A DNA stretch of 64,000 nt. It comes from Candidatus Spongiisociaceae bacterium. Its GTDB lineage: Bacteria > Actinomycetota > Acidimicrobiia > Spongiisociales > Spongiisociaceae. The position numbers were made by a program, and so were the translations under genes. A model generated the notes under the pieces. The model saw only the letters and a list, made by a program, of their open reading frames with translations, was not told where the DNA came from and ran no database searches. Location: NCBI GenBank assembly GCA_965219685.1, contig CBDCOH010000002.1, positions 96,001 through 160,000 of the forward strand. The letters are read 5' to 3'. Shown piece after piece: positions 20,436 through 29,792 of the stretch; within the stretch, counting starts at the first letter, position 1, and each line of letters opens with the position of its first letter.

Positions 20436-21394
20436 TTTGGTCTCCACGCCCGGGTGGTCGGAGTCCGGCGCGCGGTGGTAGCCACACCGGCGTAGAGACC
20501 TTGGAGGAAGCCCTGCTCGTCAGCCGGCGGACGGGGGAAAGGCTCACCGAATATGTCGGCCCAGATGTGAGCTGCTTCTGTCTCCGCTCCCGACGCCGCG
20601 AGCTGTTGCGCTGTGCTTGCTTGGGTGGCGAGACGCTGCATCCCCGCCCTGGCGGTGGCTCTGTCTGCGGCGGACAGACGATCGGATATCCAGTCCCAGC
20701 CGGTGGGATCGGTGTAACGGCCACCGAGGAGTTCGGCACCCTTCGCCAGCGCTGCCGCAACAGCGTCGGCATGCTCCTGCCGGGATGCAATCGCGTGGTA
20801 TGTGAAAGCCTCGACATGAAGGCCGGGGAGCACATCGGCAAGTTTGGCATGGCCCACGGCCTGTTTGACCATGCGCACCTGACGTACGAACCGGCCGTCA
20901 CATACTTGGTTCCGGGCGGCGATCGTATCGATCAGGATGTAGGTGTTGGACAACTCCCAAGCATCGTCTTCGGTGTCGGCGATGTAGATCCATCCAGAGC
21001 CGTCCTCAGGGTTGAATGCCGGCACGGCGTCGAAAGTAAACCCCTCGGCGGGGAGAGTGATCGCAAGGGCATGCTTCTTCACCTCGAAGCTGGCACCGGG
21101 GAGGTGGGGTGCGAGGGCAGCTTTGATAAGCGACATGGCTCGTCGTGAGCCGCCGGGTTTCTTGAGAGAATCGGTCAGGTCGTCGACCAACTCGACTACC
21201 TTGTCGATGTCTTTGAGTTTGGGACCCAGCATTGTGTGGCGGGCGAAGCTGCCCTGCAGGCGGGTCCGTTTAGCGACCCCGGCCTTGACGAGCAGGTCCC
21301 CGAGGCGATTGTGCGTCTCCTGGGCTCTGAGGCGTTCTGCCGGGTCCAGTTTCAGGTTGTTGTCGAGAGCGTCGAAGCGCTTCTTCAGGTTCAT
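20432..21394 (-). CDS. CD-NTase (cGAS/DncV-like, SMODS) nucleotide cyclase, 320 aa
   Basis: QGSFARHT...KDID...FDAVPA, RQVRMVK, DPTG, WADIFGEPFP; RBS aagga before ATG 21394. Confidence 0.88.
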   Translation of the reverse strand: MNLKKRFDALDNNLKLDPAERLRAQETHNRLGDLLVKAGVAKRTRLQGSFARHTMLGPKLKDIDKVVELVDDLTDSLKKPGGSRRAMSLIKAALAPHLPGASFEVKKHALAITLPAEGFTFDAVPAFNPEDGSGWIYIADTEDDAWELSNTYILIDTIAARNQVCDGRFVRQVRMVKQAVGHAKLADVLPGLHVEAFTYHAIASRQEHADAVAAALAKGAELLGGRYTDPTGWDWISDRLSAADRATARAGMQRLATQASTAQQLAASGAETEAAHIWADIFGEPFPRPPADEQGFLQGLYAGVATTARRTPTTRAWRPK

Positions 21395-21485
21395 CGGCTT
21401 TTCCTTTCGTAGGTCGTGCGGTAGTTGGCGTGATCGGGTAGTCCCTGGGGATCGAGGTGGCTGCCCGTCGAGGGTCTCAACCCCG

Positions 21486-21519
21486 GACGGGACCCGGTGC
21501 ATTCACCGGGACTCCCGTC
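21486..21519 (-). promoter_or_regulatory. GC-rich hairpin between the peptide ORF and the CD-NTase
   Basis: gacggga-cccggtg / catt / caccggg-ac-tcccgtc: 14-bp stem with a 2-nt bulge, no U tract. Confidence 0.55.
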
Positions 21520-21533
21520 GGGATGTCGAGTGG

Positions 21534-21650
21534 TTACCTCTTCTTCTTGGGTGACTTCACCCTCTCGGACACGGTGGTCCGAGGGTGTCGCCTCGCCGTA
21601 GAGCGCTTGACGAAACGGCCTGTAACGGCCGATCGGTGTCGTTTTGCCAT
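21534..21650 (-). CDS. 38-aa highly basic peptide MAKRHRSAVTGRFVKRSTARRHPRTTVSERVKSPKKKR
   Basis: Perfect SD aaggaggtg upstream of ATG 21650; TAA at 21534-21536; below the ORF-track size cutoff. Confidence 0.8.
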   Translation of the reverse strand: MAKRHRSAVTGRFVKRSTARRHPRTTVSERVKSPKKKR

Positions 21651-21959
21651 CTTTCACCTCCTTCCATTTGAGTCAAGGTGCCCCGAGTCCAAGAGCACAC
21701 CGGCTGCTACCTGAGTATCTGGGATGCGCTGGCGGTGTCTCGTGGAGCCTTGAGGCTCGCTCTGTGGATGAGTCGAATGACTCGGCTTTGTCCCAGTGTC
21801 CGAGAATCTGCTAGTGCTTGACAATCCTTCAATCCCCCTAACTACCTCAAGCCTCTGCCTAGTCCCCACCAACATCCGCCGCTCGCTAGAGGCCACGGCA
21901 GCAGGAGCTTGAAGTCTGGAGTCTGATTACTTGAATTATACACGACTACGCCTAGATTC

Positions 21960-23120
21960 GTGTTTCACAGGGCTGGAATCGTTGCACATGTGGCAACGAC
22001 TGAATATGCTCCGATTACCGCCGACCGGGGAGGGGAGGGCACCCGCGTGGGCCAGAGTTCTGACGAACGCCGTGGCGACTTCGCACCACGGCGGCTCCGG
22101 ATGGCGCGCGACTTTGCCGATGTCTCACAGCTAACCCTCAGCCAAGCCGCCGGTCTATCCGTTGCATCGATCAGCCTCTACGAGCAGGGCGGGACAATCC
22201 CCAGCGACAAGACCCTGGCCTTGTTCGCCGACCACCTCGACATCGAGCCCGAATTCTTCTACTCGTCAACCACCAGCGCTGACACGCCAGCCTTCTTCCG
22301 AAGCCTCCGAACCACCAAAGCCGTCGACCGGCGACGCGCCCGACACAAGATCGAAATCGTCTACGAGTTAGTCAGGGCGCTGGAGACCGAAGTCAGGTTC
22401 CCCGACCCCGACGTACCCGAGCATCCCGTAGCCGCAAGCCAGGATCGAGGACCCGAGGAAGCAGCGCGGCGGACTAGGCACTGTTGGAACGTACCCCCAG
22501 GACCAGTCGACAACATGGTCCGATCCGTGGAACGCCACGGTGTCGTAGTCGCACAACCCGAAGAAGAAAACACCCACATCGACGCCTACTCGGTCAAGTT
22601 CCCGGACCGTCCGATCATCGTCATGTCCCTTGCCAAAGGGAAACACGACCGGTGCCGCTTCGATGTCGCCCACGAACTAGGCCACCTTGTAATGCACGAC
22701 CCCACCCAGGCCACAACCCGACCCGTGGAACAACAAGCCCACAAGTTCGCAGCCGAATTCCTAATGCCCGCGCGAGACATCCGACTCGAACTCGAGATGG
22801 CAGATACGCTCGGCGCGCTTCTCCGTCTCAAACAGAAGTGGCGCGTGTCCCTCGCAGCACTCATCCGGCGCCGCTACGACCTCGACATCATCGACAAGAC
22901 CCGTTACACGAAGTACATGAAAGCCATATCGGCAAGGGGGTGGCGCCGCAACGAACCAGTCGACCTCGGCCCACCCGAACAACCCATACTCCTCAGAAAG
23001 GCAATGCAACTAGCAGGCCTCAACGAATACGACCTCTCCCAACGCACTGGGCTTACGATCAGCCTCATACGGAACGTTCTCAACACCAGCATCGATACCA
23101 GACCGCAAGTACATATCTAG
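21960..23120 (+). CDS. XRE HTH - ImmA/IrrE zinc metallopeptidase fusion regulator (start uncertain)
   Basis: RLRMARDF...SQLTLS...SISLYEQG HTH; RFDVAHELGHLVMH, EQQAHKFAAEFLMP. Confidence 0.92.
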   Translation: MFHRAGIVAHVATTEYAPITADRGGEGTRVGQSSDERRGDFAPRRLRMARDFADVSQLTLSQAAGLSVASISLYEQGGTIPSDKTLALFADHLDIEPEFFYSSTTSADTPAFFRSLRTTKAVDRRRARHKIEIVYELVRALETEVRFPDPDVPEHPVAASQDRGPEEAARRTRHCWNVPPGPVDNMVRSVERHGVVVAQPEEENTHIDAYSVKFPDRPIIVMSLAKGKHDRCRFDVAHELGHLVMHDPTQATTRPVEQQAHKFAAEFLMPARDIRLELEMADTLGALLRLKQKWRVSLAALIRRRYDLDIIDKTRYTKYMKAISARGWRRNEPVDLGPPEQPILLRKAMQLAGLNEYDLSQRTGLTISLIRNVLNTSIDTRPQVHI

Positions 23121-23454
23121 CGGCCCCAGGCTGTGCCCATCCACACCGCACGACGACCCCCTCCGAGACTCAAGGTATCATCGCCATGGAAGGTAATCCG
23201 TTCTCTCGATCTCAAATACGCGATCAGCCCTCCATACAGGCTAACCTACATGCCCGAGTTCGATCGTTTTCCGTGAAGAGCCCCCATTCACTCTCAAGAT
23301 GCACTGGGCAAGCCATTACTAGCGATCTTGTTACCAGAGATCGATTGTATCCAGAGGTCATTGGTGAATCGTTCCCTCGTCTAGGGATCCCGTGTGTGGG
23401 GTTAGTCCTCCCAATGACCTACGTCACCTCAGCTCAGACTGAGAAGAAGGGCCC

Positions 23455-24366
23455 CTAAACATCGAACGTGCCCACTGTTAGCCACTCATCACCAGAATCA
23501 TCCACGGAGAGCCCAACAGTCTGAAGCCTGCCTACTATCCGCTTCCTCGCCTGTGGGGAGTCATTCAAATAGACCAAATGGCGACCAGCGATATCCGATA
23601 GGATCTTCGTTCCAGGTGTTGCAACTATAAGAGTCCTGCTGGGAGCAAGTGCCATGGCCATACCAGCCTCATAAATGACGTTTTGTCGTGGCTGTCCGGC
23701 CTCAACCAGTTCAGGGTCTTCAGCATCTTCAGCTAGGGCTGGATCCAGTCTAACGAAATCGTCTGGCGTCGCGAGAACCACGATACCATGCGCCTCCTCA
23801 AGCCCCGCCAAGAGTACATCACCTATATACGGATTAGGTTCACCAGTCAACCTGACAGCCTGTTCCCACTCAATCACCCTTAGGTCAAGAGATCTTAGGA
23901 AACTCTTCATGGCATCTGTTATGGTCCTATTCCTCCCATGTACTAGGAATACTGACCGTCCATCACCGGGGCCAGTCGGAACTGACACACGAGCTACTCC
24001 TACACCCTTCGTACTGGACCGTGTGTCTGAGTCCCAGCCGGGAGGACCTTTAATGTATCTGTCAGTTACGTCGGTTGCCTGACCGACTGCTCTCCACAAG
24101 TATGTAGGACCTCCAAGGCTAAGCACACCAGACGATCGGTCCTTGGCCTTCAGGCCCGGAATATAGTCTCGGGCAGATCTATCGGACGTTGATACCTCGA
24201 TACGCCCAAGTTTGGCAAGCTTGATTGTTCGCCCATTGACTATGATAGGCCTGCCCAGACGGTAGGGCTCCAGAAACTGTTCCTGTAGTTGGTCCAGGCT
24301 CATATCAATCTTGACTTCGCCGTGACGACTGCCAGACACTGAGAGTCTCACATGGTAAAGCTCCAT
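23455..24366 (-). CDS. TIR-domain protein (CAP12/Pycsar-type TIR) with unrecognised N-terminal domain
   Basis: VFLVHGRN, VVLATPDD, PRQNVIYEAG (catalytic Glu), LSDIAG. Confidence 0.85.
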   Translation of the reverse strand: MELYHVRLSVSGSRHGEVKIDMSLDQLQEQFLEPYRLGRPIIVNGRTIKLAKLGRIEVSTSDRSARDYIPGLKAKDRSSGVLSLGGPTYLWRAVGQATDVTDRYIKGPPGWDSDTRSSTKGVGVARVSVPTGPGDGRSVFLVHGRNRTITDAMKSFLRSLDLRVIEWEQAVRLTGEPNPYIGDVLLAGLEEAHGIVVLATPDDFVRLDPALAEDAEDPELVEAGQPRQNVIYEAGMAMALAPSRTLIVATPGTKILSDIAGRHLVYLNDSPQARKRIVGRLQTVGLSVDDSGDEWLTVGTFDV

Positions 24367-24389
24367 CCGCTCTACTCTAGTGTGGATTG

Positions 24390-25667
24390 CCTGAACTGGG
24401 CGGCAACTTCACCGATCGTAGCCCCACCAGATGGTCCTCGGAGCAGACGCCTCCGCTGTGGATCCTGGCACTCGCGATCGGGCAAGGTAGCCTCGCCGAG
24501 GTAGCCAACATGATCCGGGCCGCAGCCGAGAGACTCCGGGCGGCGTGCCGCCGGTACTGGTCGATGTCCACCCAGACGGTGTCGTCGTCGATGGCCCCAA
24601 GGGCTTGTCTGCTGATACGGTCACGGCGCAGTTTCGTGGCCAGTATGTAGTCGAACCCGGCTTCGGCGACCACCGAGACGTTGGCCGCCGGGATCAGACC
24701 CCGGTCGGCGACCACACAGATACGACCAGGCGCGAACCTCGCCGCCAGATCGCCCAACACGGCTGACAGGGTGGTGGCGTCGCTGGTGTTGCCCGAGAAC
24801 ACCCGATGGGCGATCGGGATCCCATCAGAGGTGCATAGGAGGCCGATCACTATCTGGGGCCGTTCAGCACGATGGTCCCGCGAGTGCCCGAACGCCCGCG
24901 ATGGGAAACGTCCAGAGGACCGGGTCGAACCCTCGAAATACGTGGAAGTCAGGTCGTAGCACACCAGCCGCAGGTCCAGGTTCGTCAAGTCGCACAATCG
25001 CGAATACAGATGCGTCTCCGTCTCGTCTTCGACGGCGGCGACCGCGTCCAGGGCCCGGTAGTACTGATCAAGTGACGGAGCCGACCAGCCCTCGGGCATG
25101 ACCACATCCGCCCCGGCCCACTCGGCCAGTTGCCGCTTCGAGCACGGCGCCACCAACCGGTTCGCCACCACTTGCGAACACCGCATCCTCCAGAGCCTTC
25201 GCGCCCCCCGCGGCGCCTACCTGAGCGAACCACTCGCCGAGGACCAGCCGCTGCCACACCGCCCACACCGCGGCTACCGCCCCCAACCGAGGCGCCCCCT
25301 CAGCTTCCAACGACCCGACATCGACCCCGTTCGCGGCGTAGTTGACGCTCCAGGGCGGCGACGATGCGTTCCAGCTGGCCGGACTCGCGCAAAGCGGTTA
25401 CTTCCCCCAGCCGCCAAAAGAGTCCGGTGACCGACCTTCGACCCTTGGCGGAATGACTCCACCAAAGACAAATACTCGTACACCTTGTCGCCCCTGCGAC
25501 GGCGAGTCGTCTTCACGAACACACCCAGAACAATACCACTAACAGCCCACTCCATCAACCATATGTCGCCCCTACAAATCCTCACCCAGAGGATGACCTA
25601 CACCACGAAACCCCAGGTCAGAGAACCGACCACCCCCACCAAACCCCTCCAACCCGCCAAACTCGGG
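24390..25667 (-). mobile_element. IS1634 family element, internally deleted and frameshifted
   Basis: YEYLSLVESFR, YDLTSTYFEG, FGHSRDHR, VVADRG; imperfect inverted ends cctgaactgggcgg / cccgagtttggcgg. Confidence 0.85.
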
Positions 25668-25960
25668 TCTGATGTGTGGTCCCTGATGGAGGAGCCGCCG
25701 CCGTGCTCCGCCCAGCCTCTCGAGGTCGTCTCCATGTCCATCCACCATTCGGGCCACAAGTCGTAGTAGATCAACGTCGCCTGGGTCTCCCAACAGCTCG
25801 CACATGCGCGTAGGATTCCTACGTGGGGGTTGTCCTCCTATCTTGGATATCTCCTGATGAGCTCCGACTATCTAGGACGCTTGTTGTTTTGGGAAGGCGT
25901 CGGCAACGACGTCAGATCCGTATCCTGGTGATGGCAGCGACCTTGTAGCCAAGGCTAAGC

Positions 25961-26845
25961 CTATGGCTGTGTCCTTTGGATCACCTCGCTCACCGGTATG
26001 CCCGAAGCCCGCGCAACGAGTTCAAGAGGTATGCCGACGTTGATAGCATCCATGAGTGCATCATTGAACCCTCGTTCTACAACTTCTGGAAGTTCAAGGA
26101 ATGATCGGTGACCGTCCGCCGCTATTGTTGAACTAGGTAGCCAGTCGTGAGAGAGCGACCATTCTTCGCCGGAAGACCACCAAGCCATCGGTTCTAAGCG
26201 GCTACCGATTACGCTCGTGTGGACTACCCATAGAACGTCGATCTCTGGTGGCAGGCAAGGGGGTGGTGTCTCGGTAGGATCCTGAGCACGCCAGGCCTGT
26301 AAGTCGACTGCCAGATGATGTTCATACCCTTCGGCCCTACCGAGCTTTGCTCTCTTTGCCTCTATCGCTCTCTCAAGCTCACTCGAGAAACCGGGTAATG
26401 GTTGTGGTACAGCTTGAGGATCTGATGACCAAGTACAGATCACCACCTCCGGTTCACCGTTGCCTGCTCGTTCGATACTTACTACACCCGGAGGGGCCCC
26501 TCCATGCCCCTTGATGGCCTCCAAGATAGCCATCTTTATTGGGCGAAGACGGGTACCGGCGACTACCTCCACATACCATCGTCCTAGGTCTTCGTCTATG
26601 GCAATCTGTGAAAGCTCGTCGGCGATAGGATCTGCTATACGCGCTGTCGCAATGAAATGAGGATCGACAATGGAAGTTACTTCAAGAGCAACAGGGGGCT
26701 CTGGATCATCGAATCGAACATCGAACAGGCCTTCCGCTGACCCATCATCATTCAGCACCGGATCACCCAGATGCCTCCTAAGGTGCCGATCCGAGTAACT
26801 CGATATCCAGCGAGCGACTTCCAGCTCCCGCTCTTCATCAGGCAT
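25961..26845 (-). CDS. hypothetical protein with PD-(D/E)xK-like motif
   Basis: Intact 294 aa; DDGS...FDVRF...ALEVT; AIEAKRAKL...DVLWVV. Confidence 0.6.
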   Translation of the reverse strand: MPDEERELEVARWISSYSDRHLRRHLGDPVLNDDGSAEGLFDVRFDDPEPPVALEVTSIVDPHFIATARIADPIADELSQIAIDEDLGRWYVEVVAGTRLRPIKMAILEAIKGHGGAPPGVVSIERAGNGEPEVVICTWSSDPQAVPQPLPGFSSELERAIEAKRAKLGRAEGYEHHLAVDLQAWRAQDPTETPPPCLPPEIDVLWVVHTSVIGSRLEPMAWWSSGEEWSLSHDWLPSSTIAADGHRSFLELPEVVERGFNDALMDAINVGIPLELVARASGIPVSEVIQRTQP

Positions 26846-27044
26846 CTACATCGCTCAACTTCCCACTAGTTAGATACTCCGGCCTTGCAAGGCCGGGTCA
26901 TTACGCTACCAAGAAACCAGAGGCGCGCAGCCTCAACTGTGGGGAGCGGCACTTCGACAACCGCTGCCGGTCGCCCGGAGGTCTCACCCGCCGGCTCGTC
27001 CATCCCGGCCGTGACACTGGTCCCAAACTCCTGGATGAAGTTGA

Positions 27045-27170
27045 TCACGGCGGCGTCGCGTCATCACGGAGTGGGTTGGCAATCGGATTATGGCGGCTGG
27101 TGGTGACGAGGCGGCTCGCGTAGCGAAGCGTAGCGGGGGACAGCCGTGTCGGGTGTTGTTGGTCGTCGGC
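27045..27170 (+). pseudogene. short degenerate ISL3 transposase fragment
   Basis: AASRHHGVGW...RVAKR...PCRVLLV matches the other ISL3 copies. Confidence 0.7.
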
Positions 27171-28048
27171 TGGACGCGGTCGCCCATATGGGAACATAAA
27201 CACCGTCTAGGCGGAGGTGCGAGGTTGCCGATCCAGCCTCGTACGCAGCTGATCCGCTAGCCCACGGCTCGGACGCTTGGGGTCCTAGCCGTTTGGGCGG
27301 TGGAAGGAACCGTCGTTGGTTCGCCTCCAGGTGGTTTGTTCAGCCCTCGGGGGTGGAGACGTCCCCGATCCGAAGATCCGGTTTCCATCGCGTGACCTCA
27401 CCTGGCGCGTGTGCGTGTGAGAGCGGCTTTTGCCGGTCGGTGGCGGGCGGGGAGGGCTTGTACAGTGAACAGGCTCTTGTAGGATGAGCGGCAGTTACGA
27501 AAGTAGCAGCGAGTCGAACGAGCACGGAGAGTGGGAGGTGACATGTTCAACATATATTTTCGACTTGACCGACGGGCCCTCCCTTTCTCGGTCCCGGCCG
27601 AGGTGACGCCCGTCGGTTATAGCCAGTCTTGGTCGCCCAGCGCGAGTCCGCACTCGTCGACCGTTTTCGGCAGTGCGGTGGTGCCGACTCGGAGGTCGTA
27701 GGTAGCTCGGGTACTGGTAGATGTCGGGACGGATGCGCGATTCCGCTTTCCGCGTTGCCGACAGCACGGAGCGACCAGGCCCTCCTGCAGATAGTTCCAA
27801 CTCCATAAGATCAGACGATCCCCAAGGCCTACCCCGGCTGACCACCAGCCCGGTTGTTCCCGCCCGGTGGCGGAGCACGTAGCTGCAAACGATGCTAGCC
27901 CAGGTGGCTGCATGCTCCCGTGTGGCCCTGGTCGTGGCTACAGAGCAGCTCAAGGGTGTCATCCCACCGAGACGGCGCTGTCGAGGCACCCACCAGGAGT
28001 GGGTCCGTCTGTTCAATCGACCTGGCGATCACCAGCTCGTTCACCCGA

Positions 28049-28255
28049 TCAGTCATGCCGTGGGGATAGACCGTCGATCCAGTCGTGGATGTCTCGTTCC
28101 CGCCATCCCACCGCCCGGGTATATTCGCCGCCGAGGCGAATGGATGAAGGAAACGACCCGTCCCGTTCCCGACGCCAAATTGTGGTCCTGCTCAACCCTG
28201 TGATCTCCATGACTTCAGCCATTCTCACCACCCGCTCACTCCCCCGATACCACAT
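28049..28255 (-). CDS. AlpA family phage/satellite regulator
   Basis: VVRMAEVMEITGLSRTTIWRRERDGSFPSSIRLG...AVGWRERDIHDWI. Confidence 0.85.
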   Translation of the reverse strand: MWYRGSERVVRMAEVMEITGLSRTTIWRRERDGSFPSSIRLGGEYTRAVGWRERDIHDWIDGLSPRHD

Positions 28256-29792
28256 CGGGCACCGACGATCGGTACCCGGCCGGTTGTCATGGGTCTGGTT
28301 TCGCATCCGCATCTTCTTCCTCCCGCCTCGTTGCCGGCAGGTGCTGAGTTGGCCTCCGTGTATGGCGTCTCCCATCCGATCGGAGACGATCGGCGATGTA
28401 TTGATATCAACGTACCGAAGGGGTTCCACAACCCGGTCGCGCATCTGCCCGCAGCGGTCGCGGTCAACCGCGAGCGGCCGCGCATCCACCTCCGAGCATT
28501 CGCGATCCTCCTGGATCAGGGCACAAACCCACAGCCGCGGCATCTCCAAGACCAGAGCCTCCTACTAGCCGTTGGTGTCCGCCCGGCCCACGAAAGCGGG
28601 CCTCAACCCTTCGTTACGAAGAGCGGTAATGCTCCCAGGGTGGTGTGGAGTTGCCCCGCTCTTTTGGGCTGATGGTGACTAGCGGAGGGTGTAATAACGG
28701 ACCAGCTATGCGCCAGCGGCGGATAACCCAGTACGACTAATGGGAATTGCCGATGACGGCACCGGGGGGACACGCCCCGAGACGCTACCCGCCGGCGGAC
28801 TCCACCCCTTCCCTGGCTAAGCGCGTGGGCAGATCTTGCTAGCAGAGAACAGCGAGAAGGCAGGCAGTCACCAGTCCCAGAGAGTGAGACCGGGACTACA
28901 ACAGAGGGCCGGGGGCTTCGTCCGGATCCGAGAAGGAGGGGACACATGTCCCGATACTAGGGGGGACATATGTCTCTCAAGCGGTTCCACGGAGGCGCCG
29001 CTCCTGTTCATGGCACGGGCATGTCAGCTCCGAGACAACATCACACCGAATGGCGCCATGTAAGTAGCGCTCGCCGCAGAGGTCGGCTGTTCGGTTCTGA
29101 CGCTTTACGGCTGGTCCACGCGTCCGGCCCGGGGATGTCTGATCCGTGTCCTCTTGAGCTGGCAGTATTCGGGAGGTCATCAGCGGTTTGGGCATCTACC
29201 GATGCCCGCTGTGACGGTGGTGTTGGCTGTATGAGAGGTGCCCGGTCGCGTTTCCACCGTATCGCGGTCGCGTATCCCTCTGACCTGGGCTTTCACGGCC
29301 CTGGCAGATCCGCCTGACGGCTGAGCGAGGGCAAGCCCGGCTGAGCTCCCCATGACCCACCCGCCCTGTCGTTGCTCGGGCTCGGGTGTGACCTTTCGTC
29401 TGACCTTCCCGAACCGGGGGAGGACATGGGGCCCAAGCCCTACCTCTCCATCGCCCTCGGGTCCACGCAGCCTGCCGCGGTTACCGGGTCGTGTTCGCGA
29501 CCGGTATCCACCGTGCTCTCTCAACTGTCCGACGCGAAACACGGGGCTGGTTCACCGACGAGTCAGACGGGCTCGCCGGTTTGCCCTGTCGTCATCGATG
29601 ACGCTTGACGTGCGCAGGCGCTGTTGGATCGTGCGGGTTGAGGGGCCTACCGCCGGTTGTCGCAGCGACCGGTTAAAGCGGAGGGCAGGTAACCCCAGGT
29701 TGGGGGTGAGGTCCGGCGAATGCGGAGCGCCAACCACTCGGGGGCAGACGACGGGCAGTTATGGGCGGAGCCGCTGAGGCGTTGTCACCACC

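Noticed and set aside
21391-21657. 88-aa ORF upstream of the cyclase, and the 356-aa cyclase start at 21502
   Set aside because: The strong SD points to ATG 21650 in another frame (38-aa peptide); the cyclase has its own RBS at ATG 21394
26866-27048. Possible WYL/WCX regulator fragment
   Set aside because: Too short and degenerate to support
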